From a virus, in IMG/VR virus record IMGVR_UViG_3300021178_000001, positions 32,001 through 96,000 of that record: a DNA stretch of 64,000 nucleotides; one strand, given 5' to 3'. The notes under the pieces were generated by a model. It ran no database searches. It saw only the letters and a program-made list of their open reading frames with translations, and had not been told where the DNA came from. Shown piece after piece: positions 36,496 through 46,372 of the stretch. The position numbers and the translations under genes are program-made. The number at the start of each line of letters is the position of its first letter. Positions within the stretch are counted from its first letter, which is position 1.

Positions 36496-38460
36496 ATGCA
36501 ATTTAACCGGCTAGTTAAGCCGCAATGGGCACAACCGACTTTAGCAAACGGTGAGCCCAATCCTAAATTCTTAGCAGCCGTCGACGGACCCAACACCTTC
36601 GAGGGTTGCTTTACTCCAGAGTTCTTGACTGAACAAAACGAGAAGGGATATAACATATATTTCTTCCCGAATCATCCGTCAACAAACGTGTATGATACTG
36701 GAGTCAAACATCTTAACGGCCGCAACATCGACGTCTTCAACTTCGTGTTCGTCGACATGGACCTCAAGGACAAAGTCTACGCTAGCAAGGAAGAATTTTT
36801 AATACAACTGGATAAGTTTCCGCTCAAACCCACGATGGTCGTTGATTCTGGCAACGGCATCCACGCTTACTGGCGCGTGACTGACTTAACTAGAAGCTTG
36901 TATGTAATTACCCAGATCGCACTTCTAACACACTTTAAAACCGATGAGTCGGTTTGGACCGTCTTGCAATTGATGCGAGTGCCGCAGTATCTAAACACTA
37001 AGAGACACAACGACTATGTTCCAGCTTTGATTCTGGAAGACAGGTCCAGTGGCGAAGCTTACACGATTTCTCAGTTTCCTAAAGAACTCTACGAACTCGA
37101 CGAAAAACTAGTAGTAAAAGCTCAGAACCACATCAACCGCCTCGAAGGAAAACTAGAGATCGACTTTGGACAAGAAGTCAACGTAGACGAGTTGCCGGAC
37201 GAGTTCGTCCAGTTGATGCTGGACAACTCAGAGATAGCTAGACTCTTTAGAGATCCTAAGTCTTTTGGGGACCGATCCAGCGCCGACATGAAGCTGGCCA
37301 ACCAAATGTTCACGAAGGGACTGAACGTTAGAGTCGCCTTAGCTGTTTTATCAAACACTCAGAAGGCTCTCGAAAAAGGAGCTCATAGAAAAGACTATGC
37401 AGCCTTGACGGTCTTTAAGGTCTACTCAGACCGTCCCAAACACAAGTTTCAGACCGTAACAGAGTACGTTCGGGACTCGCGCGACAAGATTAATGAACCA
37501 CAGATCTTTGGTCCTTACTACGCCGACTACGAAGTTTTGGGCGAACCGTGGCGTCGCAAAGAGTTATTGGGGGTAATAGCAGGACCGGGCATCGGTAAAA
37601 CTGCTTTCGCGCTCAACATCATTAGAGACGTGATTCAGAACAATCCGCACAACGACGATCTGTACATATTCTTTTCGCTAGAGATGTCCAAGGGTCAAGT
37701 TATACGTCGATGGTTGAAACTAGTGGGCGAAAATTCTATTTTGGCTGATCGGCTGTACGTTATCGACACGACAGACGAGAAGGGGCTTCCAGTCTCGATC
37801 GGACTGCAAGAGATCTACGAGTACTGCTCTGAGATCAAGCAAGTCACTGGTAAGCGCATCGGTGCCTTTGTGGTAGATCATTTCCACATTATCAGCTCGC
37901 ACATCAACATCCACAAGAAGCCGAATTTTGGGATCAAGAGTGAACAAAACACTGGGTACGGCGACGTACAGAACTTGAGCGCTAACGGACTGGCAACTCA
38001 ACTTAAGTCGTTGGTGAAAGCGCTTGACTCGTTCGGAATAATTCTTACCCAGACTACTAAGGAAAAAGGTGCCGGAGACTTGCCCATAGGTAAAGACGGT
38101 GCGTACGGCGTGTCACAGTACGAGTGGATCATGGATCGAATCTTAACTATATGGCAACCGTTGATGCGTGTCCAAAACTTGTGCAAGAACAACTTCTTGG
38201 CGTTTCAGTACGCTAAGATTCGCGAGAAACACCCGGCCGACAAGATCAAAGAGTACGACCCAAAGTTGTTGACTTACGACATGGCATCTGGTAACCTAAG
38301 AATAACTTCGACGGACGAGTACACTGAGTTCTCCGACTTGTTGCCGAAAGCCAATGAAGCCCGCGAAATGGTAACCAAGAAGAAGCCCGGAGCTTACTCC
38401 ATTCAACTTGACTTAGGCAGCATAGACGCTGCACTTAACAAACTGAGGGTCAGCAGATGA
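36496..38460 (+). CDS. primase-helicase (RepB/AEP-type primase + DnaB-like SF4 helicase)
   Basis: FVDMD, VDSGNGIHAYW, LMRVP; GPGIGKT, FSLEM, VVDH. Confidence 0.85.
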   Translation: MQFNRLVKPQWAQPTLANGEPNPKFLAAVDGPNTFEGCFTPEFLTEQNEKGYNIYFFPNHPSTNVYDTGVKHLNGRNIDVFNFVFVDMDLKDKVYASKEEFLIQLDKFPLKPTMVVDSGNGIHAYWRVTDLTRSLYVITQIALLTHFKTDESVWTVLQLMRVPQYLNTKRHNDYVPALILEDRSSGEAYTISQFPKELYELDEKLVVKAQNHINRLEGKLEIDFGQEVNVDELPDEFVQLMLDNSEIARLFRDPKSFGDRSSADMKLANQMFTKGLNVRVALAVLSNTQKALEKGAHRKDYAALTVFKVYSDRPKHKFQTVTEYVRDSRDKINEPQIFGPYYADYEVLGEPWRRKELLGVIAGPGIGKTAFALNIIRDVIQNNPHNDDLYIFFSLEMSKGQVIRRWLKLVGENSILADRLYVIDTTDEKGLPVSIGLQEIYEYCSEIKQVTGKRIGAFVVDHFHIISSHINIHKKPNFGIKSEQNTGYGDVQNLSANGLATQLKSLVKALDSFGIILTQTTKEKGAGDLPIGKDGAYGVSQYEWIMDRILTIWQPLMRVQNLCKNNFLAFQYAKIREKHPADKIKEYDPKLLTYDMASGNLRITSTDEYTEFSDLLPKANEAREMVTKKKPGAYSIQLDLGSIDAALNKLRVSR

Positions 38461-41192
38461 ACGAGAAGTACAATTTAGTTGACACTCCCGACAAACTTCG
38501 CGAACTAGATGACCTCCTAATGGACGGAGACGCCCCTCGTTACAAACTCTTGGCGTACGACACTGAGACCAACGGACTAGCTTTATATAAAACTACGGTT
38601 ATAGGATTCTCAGTGTCTTTCGACAAGCACCGAGGATTCTACGTTCCTTTACTTCGTTGGGTTCCAGACGAAGGTACTCGACGCGACCGCTCAGTCGACA
38701 AAGTAAAGTACTCGGCGTGCATGGAAGGCAAACTCCAGTGCGTCTGGACCGGCGAGTTTTTCGACGAGTTTGTGACTCCAGAAAAGTACAATCTGCGAGA
38801 GCGTTTTCCAGCTATACCGTTCTTGATCGAGCGGTGGTTTGGACACACTAACTTGATAATGCACAACGCACCCTTCGACGTCAACCACACTTTCATAAAC
38901 ACTGGCGTAGACTTGAAGAACCAAGTGTTCGTCGACACCGCGTTGTTGCTCCACGTGTTGGACGAGAATAGTCCCGCCGCTTTGAAAAAAGCCGCGGAGA
39001 GATACAGAGTAGAGCTCGGTATTGACCCGTTCCGCGCCGCCGCCATTGAGAAGAACGAACTCGACGACTGCATCATCAAGAACGGCGGGTGGGGTGGAGA
39101 AGTTTGGCGTGCGTCCATGGAGTTTCAATACAAGTACGCTTGCGCCGATACTTTTCTAACTTATGGAATCTATGAAGCCGCCATCAAAGAGTTCGACGAT
39201 CGTTTCGGCGATCGTGGACTCGCTTGGTTCTTTCAGCAAGAAGTGATGCCAGTTTGCAAAGAAGTAGTGATCGACATGAAGCGTCGCGGCGTGCACGTAG
39301 ACGTTCCGTACTTCAAGAAACTGTACGAAGAGAACGCGATTAAGATAGATGCACTCGAAGACGCTATAATGCAAGACTTAGCGCCCCATCTTAGCGACTT
39401 CGACTTGGGCAAGTCAATAGACGAGGCGGTCTCGAGTCAGCGATTGATCAAGAGAATCATACAGATGGAAGGTCTGTCACTCCCAAAGAAGACAGACAAA
39501 AAGACCGGCGAGGTCAAAGAGTCGCTGGCTAAAGCAGAAGTAAAGCGAGTCTTCGAGCAGGCTCCTCATTGGATCTGGGGTTACATCTTGGGAGAAGACG
39601 AGTTAAAGTACTCGGAACAAAAGATCGCCGACATAAAGAAACAGTTGTACGTCGAGGAAGAAGGTCGCCGGTACCGATTCAACATCGGCTCCCGCGACCA
39701 CTTAATGTGGTTGTTTTGCACTAAGTTGGGTACCAGTAAGACTAAGTTGCCGCAAACTGAGTCAGCCACTAAGGATCACCCGATCCCTAGCATGGACGCA
39801 GACACTCTCAAAGAGTTCATGCTTCCTAAGTTTTCTTGGGTTGCCAAGATTTTGACTTACAAGAAGTTGCAGAAACTTCAGACTACATACATCAAACCGG
39901 CGTTGGAACTCAACATAAACGGTTGGCTTTACATGGACATGAAGCAAAATGGAACTACTTCGGGTCGGTTCAGCTGTGCTGGCGGTTACAATCTCCAGAC
40001 TCTCCCCCGCGTAGACGACGAGATGGAAATACTGCAGTCTTGTGACAAGTGCTTCTCAGACGACGTGAAGATAGTTCAAGACTTGGAATGCATCGCGGAC
40101 AGACACTGCAACAAGTGTAACCACACTTTAACTGACATTCCTAGACCCTCAGCCATTAAGAAAGGGTTCATAGCTCCTCCGGGCTACAAGATTATTAACG
40201 CCGACTATAGTTCACTAGAACCCAGGTGCTTTGCGTTCGTGTCTGGAGAAGAGAAAATTAAGGAAGTGTATCGTAAGGGACTTGACTTATATTCTAAAGT
40301 TTACTGTGACATCTTCGACAAAGAGAAGCAGTACTCTGCAGATCCTGAAGCTCCAAACTTTCTTAAGAAAGTGGCTAAGGCTAAGAGAACTTGGGTAAAG
40401 CCTATCGTATTAGGCATACCTTACGGTGCCGAAGACGATCAGGTTGCAAATTTAATTGACGCAAAAGTACCTAAGAAGAATTGGGCTGGAGTTCCAGTAG
40501 TAGACGACGATGGCAATCCTGTTATGGTGGCCGATCATAAAGAAGGTAAGCGAGTCCGTGACATGTACTTGGCTGCATATCCAAGTCTGAATAAGTATAT
40601 GGATGATCAAGACGATAAGGCAGTTTTGCAAGGTTATGTTGAATCTTTAGTAGGACGCCGTCGTCATTTGCCATTTGCAAAGAAGATAGGCGATATACTT
40701 TCAGCCAATGACATTGATTGGCGTGACCTCACGCAAGCGCCCATATGGGATTTGCGCAAAGGCATGAACATAAGTTACACTAGTTTTCGAGGTGCTCGAA
40801 TCACACTGACCGAGACAATGATTCGACAAATTCAGGAAGCCGTAAAGTTTAAAGAAGAGTCGATGCGCGAGAAAGGCTACTGGGCTTATATCAGAGCTCT
40901 ATTGCGATCAGATCTTAACAATGCTAAGAATAACCCAATTCAAGCGCTCGCTGGTTCCATAACAAACAGGGGCATGCTAGATACGAATCGTTTTTTTAAT
41001 TTAAGAGCGTCTGGAGCATGGGTGGCTTTGCAAATTCATGACGAAATTACATGTTACGCTCCCATAGGAGTAGCAGAGTCCGCATCTTCCTGTCTACAAG
41101 AAGGTATGGAAGACAATATTGTGTGCAAAATGTTAGATATTGCTATGATAGCTGAACCTGTTATTTGTGAGAATCTAAAAGATGCAAAATAG
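38457..41192 (+). CDS. polA: family A DNA polymerase with 3'-5' exonuclease domain
   Basis: YDTET, HNAPFD, YACAD; TSGRFS, NLQTLP, ADYSSLEPR, R...K...LG..YG, QIHDE. Confidence 0.95.
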   Translation: MNEKYNLVDTPDKLRELDDLLMDGDAPRYKLLAYDTETNGLALYKTTVIGFSVSFDKHRGFYVPLLRWVPDEGTRRDRSVDKVKYSACMEGKLQCVWTGEFFDEFVTPEKYNLRERFPAIPFLIERWFGHTNLIMHNAPFDVNHTFINTGVDLKNQVFVDTALLLHVLDENSPAALKKAAERYRVELGIDPFRAAAIEKNELDDCIIKNGGWGGEVWRASMEFQYKYACADTFLTYGIYEAAIKEFDDRFGDRGLAWFFQQEVMPVCKEVVIDMKRRGVHVDVPYFKKLYEENAIKIDALEDAIMQDLAPHLSDFDLGKSIDEAVSSQRLIKRIIQMEGLSLPKKTDKKTGEVKESLAKAEVKRVFEQAPHWIWGYILGEDELKYSEQKIADIKKQLYVEEEGRRYRFNIGSRDHLMWLFCTKLGTSKTKLPQTESATKDHPIPSMDADTLKEFMLPKFSWVAKILTYKKLQKLQTTYIKPALELNINGWLYMDMKQNGTTSGRFSCAGGYNLQTLPRVDDEMEILQSCDKCFSDDVKIVQDLECIADRHCNKCNHTLTDIPRPSAIKKGFIAPPGYKIINADYSSLEPRCFAFVSGEEKIKEVYRKGLDLYSKVYCDIFDKEKQYSADPEAPNFLKKVAKAKRTWVKPIVLGIPYGAEDDQVANLIDAKVPKKNWAGVPVVDDDGNPVMVADHKEGKRVRDMYLAAYPSLNKYMDDQDDKAVLQGYVESLVGRRRHLPFAKKIGDILSANDIDWRDLTQAPIWDLRKGMNISYTSFRGARITLTETMIRQIQEAVKFKEESMREKGYWAYIRALLRSDLNNAKNNPIQALAGSITNRGMLDTNRFFNLRASGAWVALQIHDEITCYAPIGVAESASSCLQEGMEDNIVCKMLDIAMIAEPVICENLKDAK

Positions 41193-41811
41193 TTTTTATG
41201 TTTACAAGCACATTCGCAAAGACACTGATCATGTTTTTTATGTTGGAAAAGGGACAAAGAACAGAGCGTGGTCGAAAATGAAAAGAAACCGTAGATGGGA
41301 ATTTATATCTAATTTTGGGTACACAGTTGATATCATCCAAGACAATTTATCTGAAACAGATTCTTTCAAGCTCGAAATTGAGACTATAGCTTTTTATAAA
41401 AACCAGGGTCAGTGTGAAGCTAATTTTGCCATTGGAGGTATCGGAGGCAACACTTTTGTTAATAAAACAATCGAAGAACTAGAATTGTTTAAAGTAAAGA
41501 TGTCAAAGATAACGTCTTCTAGACCTGTGAAATGTCTGCGACCACTTAAAGGTCCAGAACATCCTATGTGGGGAAAAAGTAATCCTTATAGTGGGCACAC
41601 CGTTGAAGGTTTAGAAAAACTCAGACAATCTAAACTTGGTAATAAAAATCCAATGTACAACAAGTCTGGAGAGTTGCATCCTCGATTTGCAGGTTGGTGG
41701 ATAACACCTGCTGGAAGATTTGCTAGTTTAAAAGAAGCAGAAATAGCAAATAATTCGCGCAGCGTGAAGCACAGATGCAAGAGAAGCAAGTCAACTAAAT
41801 TTAAAGAATGA
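41182..41811 (+). CDS. GIY-YIG-type homing endonuclease with NUMOD3-like repeats
   Basis: FYVYKH...FYVGKG...RA; E...I..Y; GGIGG; HPMWGK, NPMYNK. Confidence 0.8.
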   Translation: MQNSFYVYKHIRKDTDHVFYVGKGTKNRAWSKMKRNRRWEFISNFGYTVDIIQDNLSETDSFKLEIETIAFYKNQGQCEANFAIGGIGGNTFVNKTIEELELFKVKMSKITSSRPVKCLRPLKGPEHPMWGKSNPYSGHTVEGLEKLRQSKLGNKNPMYNKSGELHPRFAGWWITPAGRFASLKEAEIANNSRSVKHRCKRSKSTKFKE

Positions 41812-41831
41812 TCCTTTGAGAGGAAGTTAAA

Positions 41832-42491
41832 ATGAATAAGTTAGGCATAATTGCATTTTGTGGTTCTAAGTTTTCTGGTAAGTCGACGTCGGCGACGCTG
41901 TTCAGAGACCTAATCGGTGCACCGACGGAAGAGATAGCCATCGCCGGACACTTGAAGGAAGCTTGCGCACGGGTGTTCGGCGTCGACTACAACAAGTTCA
42001 TAGACCCCAACCTCAAGGAAGTAGAGTTAGACGAGTACGCGCTGCTGACTTCCGACAACTTGAAGGCACTCATGAAAGAGTTCGACGTGACCGACTACAA
42101 GTTCGACAAGCACATTCGACTCCACATGGGAAGGATACTGCGCACGCCTAGGACTCTGCTTCAGTATATCGGCACTGAAGTTCTTCACCCGATCGACCCG
42201 CTGATCCACGCCAAGAAGGCTTTGAGGAAGAAAGATCCGGCTAAGTTGACCGTAATAACGGACCTTCGGTTCGTGGCGGAGTTCGAGTACTTCAAGCAAC
42301 TAGAGAACTTTATGCCAGTGTATGTGAAGAACACGTCTGCGGAGACTGCGGCCAGCGTAGACGGGCACGCTTCGGAGAGACAGTACGAGCAGTTTAAAGG
42401 AAAGTGTTATTTGTTAGACAACGATGATAGGGTGGTAGTAGCTTTAAAAGCTTCGTTGAACCGCCTTGTTTTGGAGATGTACCATGACTAA
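41832..42491 (+). CDS. deoxynucleoside monophosphate kinase
   Basis: G.KFSGKST, LKE, PR.LLQ.IGTE, ITDLRF..E, H.SE. Confidence 0.85.
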   Translation: MNKLGIIAFCGSKFSGKSTSATLFRDLIGAPTEEIAIAGHLKEACARVFGVDYNKFIDPNLKEVELDEYALLTSDNLKALMKEFDVTDYKFDKHIRLHMGRILRTPRTLLQYIGTEVLHPIDPLIHAKKALRKKDPAKLTVITDLRFVAEFEYFKQLENFMPVYVKNTSAETAASVDGHASERQYEQFKGKCYLLDNDDRVVVALKASLNRLVLEMYHD

Positions 42492-43437
42492 ATTAAAACT
42501 CATCACTCTGAGCGTAGCGCTAGTAGCTTCACTTTACTTCGGAGACCGCGCCGTAGCGTACATTCGGGGAGTGACGTCTGAGAACGCTAGGCTTCACACT
42601 GACCTCATAGGACAAACCGAGAAATATCAGCAGTTGTCTGACCACGCGGCTAAACTCGAGATTCAGTACTCTGACGCCGCCAAGATGAAGCGAGAGTTAG
42701 AGAGTAAGTTTGCGGCGGAGAAAGACGCGCTGCAAGGTCGAATCGAAGTGTTGTCCAACGCTACTTTTTTGATCCGAGAAGCCGCGCGCAAAGAGAGTAA
42801 GTCTGACGTAGTTTACCAGGGCGACAAGTTAAAGTACGTCTTGAACGAAGTGCGGTTCGGCAACGACGGACCTCCAGTAGGATACGTCTTGATCTTCGAC
42901 GACGGTCGCGTCGTGTCCAAACTGTACAATCACGAAATTCAAGTGAACACGGCTATTTCTCGAGACGAGACTTCCGGTAGATACAGCATAGTGTCCAAGG
43001 CAGACTACATCCTCAAGTCGCCGTCTCTGAACACCGGCGGTAAAGTTTGGCACAACGAGCCTTATCCGCTAGACATTTCCGGCGGCATAGCGTACGTAGA
43101 CCCGACGGAAAAGAACCAGCTTGCCAAGCGATTTCAGTTGTGGGCGCCTCACATCAACGGCGGCGTGAGCGGCGGAGCCAGCGTGGCTGGGGGATTCCTG
43201 AGACCGTCTCTAGACGTGAGTCTAGCCGGATACGGGGAGACTAAAAATGACCTAGACTGGAAGTTCGTGCACGTCGGCCTCGACACTGATTCCAAGTTGA
43301 GTGATCCAGGAGTACATGTGTTGCCGTTCAGCTATCGTTTCTGGCCGTCTGTACTGTCAAACACTTATATAGGTCCCGGAATCGGATTCACCAAAGACGG
43401 CGTCAACGGACAGCTCAACTTGAACTTGACATTTTAA
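42484..43437 (+). CDS. envelope protein: N-terminal TM/signal, coiled coil, C-terminal beta-strand region ending in Phe
   Basis: KLKLITLSVALVASLYF; heptad region; ...YIGPGIGF..GVNGQLNLNLTF. Confidence 0.6.
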   Translation: MTKLKLITLSVALVASLYFGDRAVAYIRGVTSENARLHTDLIGQTEKYQQLSDHAAKLEIQYSDAAKMKRELESKFAAEKDALQGRIEVLSNATFLIREAARKESKSDVVYQGDKLKYVLNEVRFGNDGPPVGYVLIFDDGRVVSKLYNHEIQVNTAISRDETSGRYSIVSKADYILKSPSLNTGGKVWHNEPYPLDISGGIAYVDPTEKNQLAKRFQLWAPHINGGVSGGASVAGGFLRPSLDVSLAGYGETKNDLDWKFVHVGLDTDSKLSDPGVHVLPFSYRFWPSVLSNTYIGPGIGFTKDGVNGQLNLNLTF

Positions 43438-43441
43438 AGAG

Positions 43442-43476
43442 TGTACTTGGCGGTAAGTTAGAGGTACGATACTAGT
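43442..43476 (+). promoter_or_regulatory. sigma70-like promoter directly upstream of ATG
   Basis: TGTACT-N17-TACGAT-N6-ATG. Confidence 0.55.
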
Positions 43477-43857
43477 ATGAATCGCGAAGAAATCGAAGGT
43501 TTAGTAGAGAGAGGCATCGAAGAGATAGCGATCAACGCGCAGTCTCTGGCAGACGCAAAACCGCGAGCTGGTCGCATGCTGACACGCGTCGCAGTTCTGA
43601 CCAACTACTTGCGATATCTCGAGGAAGAACTGCCAAAGTTGCAGACACTCGTGAACGCTCAGTACGCACTGGCTATTCAACAAGCTGGCGGTAAGAACAT
43701 CACGGAGAAGAAGGTCGAAGCGGAAGCTTCTCAGTGTTATTCTGATGCGGTAGAGAAGAAAGCCGTTCTCGACGCCCAGCGTGACTGGGTGAAGAACTAT
43801 GTCAAGATTTTTGACAATGCACATATCATGTACAGACAGTATAGTCGTGATGAGTAA
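43477..43857 (+). CDS. helical protein, possible UvsY-like recombination mediator
   Basis: All-helical 126 aa directly upstream of the recA-like gene; function inferred from position. Confidence 0.45.
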   Translation: MNREEIEGLVERGIEEIAINAQSLADAKPRAGRMLTRVAVLTNYLRYLEEELPKLQTLVNAQYALAIQQAGGKNITEKKVEAEASQCYSDAVEKKAVLDAQRDWVKNYVKIFDNAHIMYRQYSRDE

Positions 43858-43866
43858 GGAGATTTT

Positions 43867-44748
43867 ATGAGCAAATTTGACTTAACTAAAACTATTTCTA
43901 AGATTCAAAATTCCCTTAAGGCAGATGAGCGTAGGTCGAGCCAAATAGGCTTGGGATCTTCTTTAGAATCTATGTCTACAGATCCCGCAGATTATATAGT
44001 TATGCCTGACTGGTGGCATAAAAGTTTTGGTATTATGGGTCTTCGTTTTGGTCACTTTGTTCAAATTGCAGGAACTCCGGATTCTGGAAAAACTTCGCTA
44101 TCACTCTGTGCCATTAAACGTGCACAAGATCAAGGGTTTGGAGTTATTTATGTAGAAACAGAAGGCAAAACTTCTGAGGAAGATCTAGTTGCTGCGGGCG
44201 TCGATCCTAATGGAGTGATCACTATTAGATCTAAAATTGTGGAAGAAGCATTTGATGCAGCAAATCTAGCTATAGATGCTTTTTTTGATGATTTTCCTGA
44301 CGCTAAATTATTATTTGTATTTGATTCTTATGGCAATACTATATCTATGCGCGACTCTGAACTTAAGTTAGTAGATAAGTCTAGCATGGTCGGTGGTGCC
44401 GCAAAAACAAATCGCATGGGCATTGGTGCCATTGCAGCAAAGCAAATAAATCATCCTATTGCTTGCTTAATTGTGAATTACACATATTCAAATATGGGAT
44501 CTCCTGGTAGAACGTGTGCAGGAGGCGAAGCTTTGAATTTTCATTGTATGTTGACAATTCAGTCGTCGCGCAAAGGTTGGTATGAGCGAACAGTTGGTGG
44601 AGAGAAAGTTCGTGCTGGAGCAGAAGTTTTATGGCGTTCGTATAAGAATCATTACTCAAAAAGTTTAAAAGATGCAGAAGGAAATCAAGTACTTCTACCC
44701 AAAGAAGTTACGTTGAGAATTAGTGCTGATGGATTTGAGTTACTCTAA
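43867..44748 (+). CDS. recA: RecA/UvsX-like recombinase
   Basis: GTPDSGKT, YVETE, GVD, FVFDS, GG.AL.F. Confidence 0.85.
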   Translation: MSKFDLTKTISKIQNSLKADERRSSQIGLGSSLESMSTDPADYIVMPDWWHKSFGIMGLRFGHFVQIAGTPDSGKTSLSLCAIKRAQDQGFGVIYVETEGKTSEEDLVAAGVDPNGVITIRSKIVEEAFDAANLAIDAFFDDFPDAKLLFVFDSYGNTISMRDSELKLVDKSSMVGGAAKTNRMGIGAIAAKQINHPIACLIVNYTYSNMGSPGRTCAGGEALNFHCMLTIQSSRKGWYERTVGGEKVRAGAEVLWRSYKNHYSKSLKDAEGNQVLLPKEVTLRISADGFELL

Positions 44749-45413
44749 TGAAAGCATGCACTAGATGTAAAATGCTTAAAAGTAAGCATGAATTCGCAAT
44801 TGAAAAACGTACGAATAAATTAACACCGGCATGTCGAGACTGCGAACGCCAACGTAGTCGCTTGAAATATCATAAATATAAGCTTGCTTATTTAGCAACA
44901 TCAAGACGCTACAAAGAAAATAATAAAGAGCAGATTGCAAGCACATGTGCTAATTGGTATTTAGCCAATAAAGACTACGTAGATGCTAGAAACAGACTTT
45001 ATGATCAAAATCATAAAATTCAAAAAGTAGAGAACTGTAGAGTTTACTCTAAAGAACGTCGTAGAACTGATCTAAATTATAGACTAACAAAAGTTCTTCG
45101 ATCTAGATTACGCTTAGCATTGAGAAATATCCAAAAGAGTGGTTCTGCTATATCAGATCTAGGGTGTTCAATAGATGAGTTAAAACAGTATATTGAGAAG
45201 CAATTTCATAATAATCCAATAACTAGCGAAAATATGTCATGGGATAACAGAGGTCCGATGAAGCCTAATTATTGGCAAATAGATCATATTCGTCCGCTAG
45301 TTTCTTTTGATCTCTCAGATCGAGAACAACTTAAAATTGCTGTACATTTTTCTAACCTGCAACCATTATGGTTTGAGGATCATCTTCCTAAATCACAGTT
45401 GGAACGACGATGA
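44748..45413 (+). CDS. HNH homing endonuclease
   Basis: CTRC...CRDC; LGCSIDELK.YIE..F; WQIDHIRP..SFD, HFSNLQPL. Confidence 0.9.
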   Translation: MKACTRCKMLKSKHEFAIEKRTNKLTPACRDCERQRSRLKYHKYKLAYLATSRRYKENNKEQIASTCANWYLANKDYVDARNRLYDQNHKIQKVENCRVYSKERRRTDLNYRLTKVLRSRLRLALRNIQKSGSAISDLGCSIDELKQYIEKQFHNNPITSENMSWDNRGPMKPNYWQIDHIRPLVSFDLSDREQLKIAVHFSNLQPLWFEDHLPKSQLERR

Positions 45414-46372
45414 GTCGCTATACTGTCATCGGGGACCCTCACCTGACCCACAAGTCTCTCGACCGCGCCGCTCAACTCTTTGATCTAGTAGAAGAAATTG
45501 GACTATCCACCGTGTGGCTCGGCGATTTTCTCGATACAAAAGAGGTGGTTAGAGCTAAATGCTTGAACGCACTCGTCGAATATCTATCGCGCTCTAAATT
45601 GAAACACATCGTTTTGGTCGGAAATCACGACTGGTTTAACCACGATTGTCAAGAACATTCTCTCGAAGCATTGAAGCTCCTCCAAAACGTAAAAGTAATT
45701 GACGCACCAGAAGTGATCGACAACATGCTCTTCGTTCCGTACATCCATGATCAGGTCAAGTTGATCAAAGTACTAACCCGATTTCAAGGTCTCGTCTCGA
45801 CACTTTTCGTTCACCTCGAAGTCACTCAGTTTGATTTCGGCAACGGTCACGTCTGTACGACTGGTATCCCACTAGAAGCTCTGAAGGGTTTTAAGCGCGT
45901 GATCTCTGGTCACTTCCACAAATTCCAACAGTCTGGTAACTTGACTTATCTCGGGACTCCGTTCTCTCACTCGTTCGGCGAGACGAATCAGACTAAATTC
46001 ATCGGGATGTACGACACGGAGACCAACGAGTTCAAACTGGCGGAGACACCGTTTCCGCAGCACATAACTATAGAGTTTGACTGTGACGTGCTCACCGATG
46101 TAGACGTGAACGACGGACCGATGGGAACAGAGCATTTCTACCGTTTCATTTTAAAAGGTTCTCAGGCTAATATAGATAGATTCCCCAAACACCACTACGA
46201 GAAATTAAACATCAAGTGGATCTCTCGTCCCACGGACGACTCGTCTATCGTTACCTCAATCGACGAGACCGCTTCTAACGAAGCTCAGTTTTCTAAGTGG
46301 GCTATCGAGATCCGCAAAATGGACGAAGAGACCGTAAAGTTGGGCATGGAAATTATGGAGGCTTGCCGATGA
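45410..46372 (+). CDS. SbcD/Mre11-like nuclease (gp47-like)
   Basis: GDPH, GDFLD, GNHD, SGHFH, YLGTP. Confidence 0.9.
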   Translation: MSRYTVIGDPHLTHKSLDRAAQLFDLVEEIGLSTVWLGDFLDTKEVVRAKCLNALVEYLSRSKLKHIVLVGNHDWFNHDCQEHSLEALKLLQNVKVIDAPEVIDNMLFVPYIHDQVKLIKVLTRFQGLVSTLFVHLEVTQFDFGNGHVCTTGIPLEALKGFKRVISGHFHKFQQSGNLTYLGTPFSHSFGETNQTKFIGMYDTETNEFKLAETPFPQHITIEFDCDVLTDVDVNDGPMGTEHFYRFILKGSQANIDRFPKHHYEKLNIKWISRPTDDSSIVTSIDETASNEAQFSKWAIEIRKMDEETVKLGMEIMEACR

